Positions 41,872 through 48,436 of a stretch of DNA of 48,436 bases are shown here, piece after piece. The position numbers and the translations under genes are program-made. Under the pieces are notes generated by a model that searched no databases, had not been told where the DNA came from, and was given only the letters and a program-made list of their open reading frames with translations. Origin of the DNA: an uncultured Chroococcidiopsis sp. (GTDB lineage Bacteria; Cyanobacteriota; Cyanobacteriia; Cyanobacteriales; Chroococcidiopsidaceae); NCBI GenBank assembly GCA_964248365.1, contig CAXTYC010000038.1:1-48436 (forward strand), in the 5' to 3' direction. Each line of letters begins with the position of its first letter. The stretch's first letter is position 1.

Positions 41872-41963
41872 GGAGAGGTGGCTGAGTGGTCGAAAGCGGC
41901 AGATTGCTAATCTGTTGATGGACTCGTAAGACCCATCCGAGGGTTCGAATCCCTCCCTCTCCG
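41872..41963 (+). tRNA. tRNA-Ser(GCT)
   Basis: GGAGAGG acceptor stem, GCAGA-TTGCTAA-TCTGT anticodon arm, long variable arm, GGTTCGAATCC; CCA not encoded. Confidence 0.95.
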
Positions 41964-41983
41964 TTGCCAAAATATTCTAAACA

Positions 41984-42020
41984 AACTCGCACTCATGAAA
42001 TTGCAGTAGCGGGTTTTTTT
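41984..42020 (+). terminator. Probable intrinsic terminator after tRNA-Ser
   Basis: AACTCGC...GCGGGTT imperfect stem followed by a T7 run. Confidence 0.5.
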
Positions 42021-42059
42021 GTAGGGGCAAGTGTTTTGTGGTTTGTATGTTATTCCTGG

Positions 42060-42258
42060 TTGACTGACAAAACTCTTAAAGCCCAATCCTCACATTATTG
42101 CCATCCCGCCTTGGATTCAAATCTAAGGCTCATAGCACAAGTGGGTTGAAACGGACTACCATCAAGGGTTGTAGTTGGTTTGAACCGAATGCGCGCTATG
42201 AGCCTGTCACTCAAGTGACAGGCGGGTGTGAAGCGATCTCAAAAGATTTGTCAGTCAA
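42060..42258. mobile_element. ~200-nt multi-branched palindromic element (MITE or structured RNA)
   Basis: TTGACTGACAAA/TTTGTCAGTCAA termini; inner CCCGCC/GGCGGG, GCTCATAGC/GCTATGAGC and two side hairpins. Confidence 0.7.
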
Positions 42259-42393
42259 TCAGATGTTATTCCCTATTTATGCCTTTTTGCTCTGCTTTTA
42301 CTACTTAATAGTTGTCATAAAATCTACCTGAGTATGTAATTGTGTGAGAATAATCAAAATTAATTTTCAATCGAACAGTAGTTGAATAGCCCT

Positions 42394-43731
42394 ATGAATA
42401 AACTCAATCCGGCATTGGCACGGATGCCAAGCGCTCTAGCCCTAGCCCTAGCTACCGCCACAATTGGCTTTCTAGCTGCGGCTTGTGAAAACACTAGTAC
42501 TGGCAATAATCCAGGGGCAACAAACAACGCCAGCCCAGCCTCAACCAATACAGCCACCAATACTCAAGGACTGAAAATAGGCTCTCTCCTCCCCACAACA
42601 GGCGATTTAGGTACGATTGGACAGCAAATGGCGGCGGCTGTTCCATTGCTAGTCCAAACTGTCAATGCTTGCGGCGGAGTGAATGGGCAACCTGTAACAT
42701 TGATTACAGAGGACGACCAGACCGATCCCCGTGCTGGTGCTGCTGCTATGACCAAATTGGCGAATGTGGATCGAGTTGCTGGTGTAGTTGGCTCTTTTGC
42801 TAGTAGCGTTTCCAGTGCTGCTGTACCCATCGCCGTGCGAAATAAAGTCATGCTGATTTCCCCAGGTAGCACTAGTCCCGTCTTTACACAAAGAGCCAGC
42901 AAAGGTGAATTTCAAGGCTATTGGGCGCGTACAGCTCCCCCTGATACCTATCAGGCACAAGCATTAGCCCAACTAGCAAACGAAAGAGGCTTTAAGCGAG
43001 TTTCCACTGTAGTTATCAACAATGATTATGGTGTCGGATTTGAAAAAGCATTTGTGGAAACTTTCAAAAAATCAGGGGGAACCGTAGTCAACGAAGCTAA
43101 CCCCGTCCGCTACGATCCCAAAGCTACTACTTTTGAAACTGAAGCTGCTGCTGCTTTTGCTGGTAAACCAAATGCCGTGCTTGCTGTCATGTATGAGGAA
43201 ACAGGCAGTCTCCTGCTCAAATCTGCCTATCAGCAAGGTTTGACACAGGGAGTGCAAATTATGCTCACAGATGGTGTCAAATCAGCAGGCTTCCCAGACA
43301 AAGTAGGTAAAATGAGTGATGGCAAATATATTATCAGTGGCGCGATCGGTACTGTACCTGGTGCAAATGGTAAAGCCTTAGAAAGTCTAAATAAGATTTG
43401 GCAAGCTAAATATAACAAGCCACCTGGAGAATATGGACCTCATGCTTGGGATGCAGCAGCATTGTTAGTACTAGCAGCCCAAGCCGCTAAATCTAATACG
43501 GGGGAAGGCATCGCCAGCAAAATTCGGGAAGTCTCTAATCCCCCTGGTATAGAAGTAACCGATGTGTGTAAAGGGCTGGAGTTACTGCGTGGGGGTAAAG
43601 ATATCAACTACCAGGGAGCAAGCGGCAACGTGGATATTGATCAAAACGGTGACGTGGTTGGAGTCTATGATGTTTGGACTGTTAAAGATGATGGCAAATT
43701 AAGCGTTACAGGCAAAGTCAGTCCACGATAA
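42394..43731 (+). CDS. natB: Branched-chain/neutral amino acid ABC transporter substrate-binding lipoprotein (NatB/LivJ-like)
   Basis: Lipobox LAAC, GGVNGQPV...EDDQTDP, ISPGSTS, RTAPPD, NDYG, YQGASG; the gene symbol is tentative. Confidence 0.8.
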   Translation: MNKLNPALARMPSALALALATATIGFLAAACENTSTGNNPGATNNASPASTNTATNTQGLKIGSLLPTTGDLGTIGQQMAAAVPLLVQTVNACGGVNGQPVTLITEDDQTDPRAGAAAMTKLANVDRVAGVVGSFASSVSSAAVPIAVRNKVMLISPGSTSPVFTQRASKGEFQGYWARTAPPDTYQAQALAQLANERGFKRVSTVVINNDYGVGFEKAFVETFKKSGGTVVNEANPVRYDPKATTFETEAAAAFAGKPNAVLAVMYEETGSLLLKSAYQQGLTQGVQIMLTDGVKSAGFPDKVGKMSDGKYIISGAIGTVPGANGKALESLNKIWQAKYNKPPGEYGPHAWDAAALLVLAAQAAKSNTGEGIASKIREVSNPPGIEVTDVCKGLELLRGGKDINYQGASGNVDIDQNGDVVGVYDVWTVKDDGKLSVTGKVSPR

Positions 43732-43786
43732 TTCATAATTCGTAATTCGTAATTCATAATTAATTGCGAATTATGAATTACGAATT
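43731..43786. repeat. Inverted heptamer STRR (AATTCGT/ACGAATT) hairpin, likely 3'-end structure
   Basis: Directly after the stop of the binding-protein gene; head-to-head heptamers. Confidence 0.7.
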
Positions 43787-44006
43787 ATTGAGGATTTTTA
43801 TCAATTTTTGCAAATCTTCATCCTTTGGATAGGTGTTTAATATTATACATTCACTATAATGATAAAACTATCCCTGGTGTACCGCAAAAACAAACGAGTG
43901 GCTGCGGTACATTTTTATTAGCTTTTAGCTTTTAGCTGGCGCGCTGTTAGCTTTTAGCACTGGTAACTGGTAACTGGTAACTAAGCCAGCTAACCGCTTA
44001 TCTGGA

Positions 44007-44948
44007 CTATTCTAAATTCCCAATTGCGTCGGCAATTTGCCCAGAGACGAAAGGCAAAATTGCTCGATTTTGACTGTTTGCTTTACCTTCTGTAAACACT
44101 ACTAATAAGTAAGGGCGCTGTGAGGGTAACTCAATATATGCAGCATCATGGCGCACTTGACTTGTCCAACCAGCTTTAGACCACAATTTTGCTCCTTGGG
44201 GTAGTCCACCACCTAAAAAACCTGTCACCTGATTTTCGTCGTTGTCATGTGTTAAATCAGAAGGGTTAAGACTGCGGTTGAGCAATGCCATCATAGCTTG
44301 CGATCGCTCTCTCGATACCGCTACACCCCCAACAATGCTATGCAGCAAAATCGCAGTAGCATTAGTTGTCAGCATATTGCGGTTATCCATTAACTCGCCC
44401 AAAAATTCCCGTTCTCGCCCATAGGGACCATCACACCAGGTTTTTTGGTTAACATTAATCGTTTCCATCTCAGACCAGCCTAAAGATTGGAAGTAGCGGT
44501 TAACAATATTGCGCTGAGACTTCCAAGTTTCAAATGGTCCTGGTGATAACTGGGGACCGCTGGTAGTTCCAGTAAGTACATCGACAACCAGACTAGTAGC
44601 ATCGTTGCTCGATTCTACAATCATATCGCGCATGGCTCGTTCTAACTCAGGGGAGTTGGATACCATGCCTTTTTCTAGCCATTCCTCAATTGCAACCAGG
44701 TAAAACAGTTTCACCACGCTAGCCGGATAAATACGCTCAACACCGCGATAGTTATAACCCCGAACAGAGTATTTCCAGAAGGCTTCGGGACTAAGAGCGC
44801 CGCCCGTATTTACAGCGATGGGAGGATCGTAGACAATCCATGTTAGGGCAATGGAATTCGTCGCCAAAGTGGGAAATTCTGACTTGGTTGCCGCTAAAAC
44901 GCGATCGCCAATGTTTTCAAGTTGTTCGTCTTTGCGGAAAAATGTCAT
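44007..44948 (-). CDS. Class A beta-lactamase-like serine hydrolase
   Basis: ASVVK (SxxK), SSN, SKAG, RHDAAY. Confidence 0.88.
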   Translation of the reverse strand: MTFFRKDEQLENIGDRVLAATKSEFPTLATNSIALTWIVYDPPIAVNTGGALSPEAFWKYSVRGYNYRGVERIYPASVVKLFYLVAIEEWLEKGMVSNSPELERAMRDMIVESSNDATSLVVDVLTGTTSGPQLSPGPFETWKSQRNIVNRYFQSLGWSEMETINVNQKTWCDGPYGREREFLGELMDNRNMLTTNATAILLHSIVGGVAVSRERSQAMMALLNRSLNPSDLTHDNDENQVTGFLGGGLPQGAKLWSKAGWTSQVRHDAAYIELPSQRPYLLVVFTEGKANSQNRAILPFVSGQIADAIGNLE

Positions 44949-45071
44949 AAAAATGAGGGGCGCTTTTGCTAGGGGCTAGGGTAAAGGATAAAGGGTAAAG
45001 GCGGGCATGATAAAGATTGAAATTTCATACTTCACACTTCACCCTTCATCCTTCATACTTCATCCTTTTTT

Positions 45072-45767
45072 ATGGTTTTATTTGAGCAATTACAAACAGG
45101 GGTTGAGTATCAGTGTCAAACTCATCTGAATTTATATGATTCTCCCAAATGCGATCGCTTGGCAACTCAGGCGGCGGCTGGAAGGCATTTACGAGTTATA
45201 GAATTGCCTAAAAATTCAGATGACTCGATAAGAGTGTGCTTGTGTGAAGATGATTATCCGGGTTATTTGTCATTGTTAGACATTGGTCGATTAGAATTAG
45301 CAGCTACGAACTATCTGGCGATCGCGCTTGACACTACCCAAATTAGCACCCGCTTGCCAAAAGTGATTAAATTTACTCATCTGGCGATGCAACAGCCGAA
45401 TTATTACCTTTGGGGTGGCACAACCGAACCAAATTATGATTGTTCTGGGTTGATCCAGGCGGCGTTTGCTTCAGTTGGTATATGGCTACCCAGAGATGCC
45501 TATCAGCAAGAAGCCTTTACTCAATTAATTTCCATTGAGGAACTGCTACCTGGCGATTTAGTCTTTTTTGGTACAGCTGACAAAGCCACTCATGTCGGGC
45601 TTTATTTAGGAGAGGGATCTTATATTCATAGTTCTGGACAAGAGATGGGTCGCAATGGTATAGGTATTGACTCTCTTTCCGAACAAGGAAACGAGGTTAG
45701 TCAATCATATTATCGTCAGCTACGCTGTTGTGGCAGAGTAGTTAAATCCTACCAACCACACTCGTAG
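45072..45767 (+). CDS. NlpC/P60 (C40) peptidoglycan endopeptidase with N-terminal SH3-like domain
   Basis: YLWGG, DCSG, LPRDAYQQ, PGDLVFF, THVGLY, IHSSG. Confidence 0.92.
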   Translation: MVLFEQLQTGVEYQCQTHLNLYDSPKCDRLATQAAAGRHLRVIELPKNSDDSIRVCLCEDDYPGYLSLLDIGRLELAATNYLAIALDTTQISTRLPKVIKFTHLAMQQPNYYLWGGTTEPNYDCSGLIQAAFASVGIWLPRDAYQQEAFTQLISIEELLPGDLVFFGTADKATHVGLYLGEGSYIHSSGQEMGRNGIGIDSLSEQGNEVSQSYYRQLRCCGRVVKSYQPHS

Positions 45768-45933
45768 GGGCTAGGGGCTTGGGACTAGAGGCTAGGGAGA
45801 GGGGGAGAGTGGGAAAAGGGGAGAATGTTAATTTATACTTGCTGCTTTCATCCTTTGTCCCTTTTCCCTTTCACCTTTTCCTCTTTGCCTCAAAATTACG
45901 AATTACGAATTGCATATTTGGTGTGAGGTAAAA

Positions 45934-46938
45934 ATGTTAGTTCCTGAGAATTTGGTCAGGCACAATGGGGCGGCTAGTGGGAATAAACTGGATGTGTCGG
46001 TAGTTGTGCCGATATATAACGAAGTCGAGAGTTTGCCGCATTTACTTGAGGCGATCGCTACTAGCTTAACTAAGAATGATTTGACTTACGAAATTATTTG
46101 TGTAGATGATGGTTCAATAGATGGCTCATCTGAGTTTTTAAGACAAAGCGCGATCGTTCGCTCAGACTTAAAAGCTGTGCTACTGCGTCGTAACTATGGA
46201 CAAACGGCGGCAATGGCAGCTGGGTTTAAATACGCCCAAGGCAGAGCAATTGTTACTTTAGATGCTGATTTGCAAAACGATCCGGCTGATATACCCGAAC
46301 TGCTGGCAAAATTAAACGCTGGTTATGATTTAGTGAGCGGCTGGCGACAAAAACGGCAAGATGCAGCTTTAACTCGGAATTTGCCGTCTAAAATGGCTAA
46401 CCGACTAATTGGACTAACGACAGGCGTAAAATTACATGATTATGGCTGTTCACTCAAAGCATATCGGTCTGAGTTGGTAGCAGATATGAATCTTTACGGC
46501 GAGTTGCACCGATTTTTACCAGCTCTTGCTTACATTGAAGGGGCAAAAATAACCGAATTGCCAGTACGTCACCATCCCCGCCGTTTTGGTCGAAGTAAAT
46601 ATGGGTTGTGGCGGACATTCCGAGTGTTGATGGACTTGTTCACAATTTTGTTTATGAAAAAGTTCCTCACACGACCAATGCACGTATTTGGGTTATTTGG
46701 TCTTGGCGCAATTAGTTTGGGAACCGTGTTAGGGCTTTACCTAACTTTCTTAAAACTCGGTTTAGGTCAAAGTATTGGTCATCGTCCATTATTAATTTTG
46801 GCAGTGCTGCTGCTCATGACTGGAGTGCAATTGTTTTGTTTTGGGCTGTTAGCAGAGCTACTGATGCGTACTTATCATGAATCTCAAGGGCGACCTATCT
46901 ATCGTGTGCGAGATGTGGTCGGGAAAAATATTAAGTAA
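45934..46938 (+). CDS. Family 2 glycosyltransferase (polyprenyl-phosphate, ArnC/GtrB-like)
   Basis: VVPIYNE, VDDGSID, RNYGQ, DADLQ, two C-terminal TM helices. Confidence 0.92.
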   Translation: MLVPENLVRHNGAASGNKLDVSVVVPIYNEVESLPHLLEAIATSLTKNDLTYEIICVDDGSIDGSSEFLRQSAIVRSDLKAVLLRRNYGQTAAMAAGFKYAQGRAIVTLDADLQNDPADIPELLAKLNAGYDLVSGWRQKRQDAALTRNLPSKMANRLIGLTTGVKLHDYGCSLKAYRSELVADMNLYGELHRFLPALAYIEGAKITELPVRHHPRRFGRSKYGLWRTFRVLMDLFTILFMKKFLTRPMHVFGLFGLGAISLGTVLGLYLTFLKLGLGQSIGHRPLLILAVLLLMTGVQLFCFGLLAELLMRTYHESQGRPIYRVRDVVGKNIK

Positions 46939-47057
46939 AGTAACAGAAGTAGTTAGTGGCTGTGGGAAGTAGGGAATGGTAATTAGTAATTGGTAGTTGG
47001 TAATTCTTCCCCTAGCCCCAGCGCCCCTAGTCCCTAGTCCCTTAATTAAGCTCTACC

Positions 47058-48284
47058 TTGAAAGTTTTTCTCACATTTGATGCCTCGCTGCGGCGCAACT
47101 TAGTAATTTTGTTCACCGCAGGTTTATTATTTTGGTCTAGTTTGGCTTCTCTATTGCCAACCTTACCTTTATACATTGAGTATGTGGGGGGAACAAAGCA
47201 ACAGATTGGTTTGGTGATGGGCTGTTTTGCGATTGGACTATTGCTGTTTCGTCCTTGGTTAGGACAGGTGGCAGACGGGCGCAGTCGTAAGCTAGTTTTA
47301 TTAATTGGTTTGGGTGCAGCAGCGATCGCCCCATTGGGATACATGGTGGTAAAATCAATCCCAGTATTGATCGTCCTACGGGCAATTCACGGCATCAGTA
47401 TTGCTGCTTTTTCCACTGGCTACAGCGCATTGGTGGCAGATATTGCACCTGCAAAGCAACGTGGTGAGGTAATTGGCTACATGAGTTTGGTAACAGCCAT
47501 TGGAATGGCTATAGGACCTGCACTGGGCGGCTATTTACAAGAATGGGCTGGGTATAGCCCAACGTTTTTGTTATCGTCTGGACTGGCGATAGTAGGGCTA
47601 TTGTGTACGTCACAAATTATCAACCCGCCTATTTCAACAACCAAATCAAAATCTACCACCGACAATCAATTCTGGCGCTTGCTAATTAGTCCACGTCTGC
47701 GAATTCCGGCAATTGTACTATTGCTGATTGGTTTGGCTTTTGGAACTTTAAGTACCTTTGTACCTTTATTTATTAAATCAGCCCATGTGAATTTAAATGC
47801 TGGGTTATTTTACACAGCAACGGCGATCGCTAGTTTTGCTGTACGCTTGGTTGGTGGACGTGCAAGCGATCGCTATGGGCGTGGTTTATTAATTACCATC
47901 AGCTTGATTTTTTACACTTTGGCAATGCTATTTTTGTGGATAGCCTCTAGTGCCAATGTTTTCTTACTAGCAGGAGTACTCGAAGGAACTGGGGCGGGGA
48001 TCTTGCTTCCTACAATAGCAACAATGCTGGTAGATCGAGCCATGCCCCATGAGCGGGGGCGAATTTTTGGTGTATGTATGGTAGGGTTTGATGTGGGAAT
48101 TGCGATCGCAGGTCCCTTCTTGGGTTTATTGGCAGAACAAGTCGGCTACCGCAATATGTTTGGTTTCGCCGCTGGACTGGTTTGCTTGGCATTATTAATC
48201 TTCCTTACCTTTTCGAGCAAAGATTTACCCCATTCCCTCCGCTTTGCCCTGGGGCGCGGTAAAGATATCTACGCCATAAAGTAG
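47058..48284 (+). CDS. MFS transporter
   Basis: About 12 TM segments; motif A (GQVADGRSRK, GRASDRYGR); GPALGG. Confidence 0.92.
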   Translation: MKVFLTFDASLRRNLVILFTAGLLFWSSLASLLPTLPLYIEYVGGTKQQIGLVMGCFAIGLLLFRPWLGQVADGRSRKLVLLIGLGAAAIAPLGYMVVKSIPVLIVLRAIHGISIAAFSTGYSALVADIAPAKQRGEVIGYMSLVTAIGMAIGPALGGYLQEWAGYSPTFLLSSGLAIVGLLCTSQIINPPISTTKSKSTTDNQFWRLLISPRLRIPAIVLLLIGLAFGTLSTFVPLFIKSAHVNLNAGLFYTATAIASFAVRLVGGRASDRYGRGLLITISLIFYTLAMLFLWIASSANVFLLAGVLEGTGAGILLPTIATMLVDRAMPHERGRIFGVCMVGFDVGIAIAGPFLGLLAEQVGYRNMFGFAAGLVCLALLIFLTFSSKDLPHSLRFALGRGKDIYAIK

Positions 48285-48367
48285 GGCTAAGGAAGAAAGC
48301 AAGGGAGCAGGGGGGAAATCTTCATTAGTTCTCTCCTCTGCCCCCCTGCTCCTCTGCTCTTCTTCAA

Positions 48368-48436
48368 CGGGCGAGGAGGGATTCGAACCCCCGACACCGT
48401 GGTCCGTAGCCACGTGCTCTAGTCCACTGAGCTACA
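48368..48436 (-). tRNA. tRNA-Arg(ACG), 5' end cut by the window edge
   Basis: TGTAGCTCAGTGGACTAGAGCA-CGTGG-CTACGGA-CCACG-GTGTCGGGGGTTCGAATCCCTCCTCGCCCG. Confidence 0.93.

Noticed and set aside
41872..42360. Integrative element at tRNA-Ser
   Set aside because: No integrase and no duplicated tRNA 3' end in the window.

Overview
Chromosomal window from a filamentous cyanobacterium, probably Nostocales-like. Evidence: dense HIP1 GCGATCGC sites, heptamer STRR repeats, ycf51, crtP-crtB and a DnaK3-type chaperone. The housekeeping backbone is intact: frmA, ABC-F ATPase, a three-gene CBCR-containing two-component operon, pyrB, mgtE, aminotransferase, Fe-ADH, ycf51, sufU, alkA-like glycosylase, FdhF/YdeP, dnaK-dnaJ, crtP-crtB, tRNA-Ser(GCT), NatB-like binding protein, cell-wall enzymes, MFS and a partial tRNA-Arg(ACG). 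Four accessory patches interrupt it. (i) 1-3 kb: a RiPP-like locus (double-Gly Ser/Thr-rich precursor, APH-type kinase, HopA1-like lyase) that is decaying. (ii) 18.8-22.8 kb: a two-gene module encoding a 3-TM protein and a SEFIR/TIR-PfkB kinase fusion, flanked by pseudogenes. This is the best candidate for an undescribed immune or signalling system. (iii) 31.5-33.4 kb: an array of small genes including a REP-flanked HNH nuclease and a dead RelE toxin with an intact antitoxin. (iv) 36.7-39 kb: a frameshifted Rpn/DUF4351 gene, an atypical RNase III domain and a small unannotated two-gene pair. Other observations: a candidate MgtL-like leader peptide upstream of mgtE, tiny mobile repeats inserted in frame in proteins (one inside a HIP1 site), and an NtcA-type palindrome upstream of crtP. 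Family names come from motif recognition only; no searches were run.
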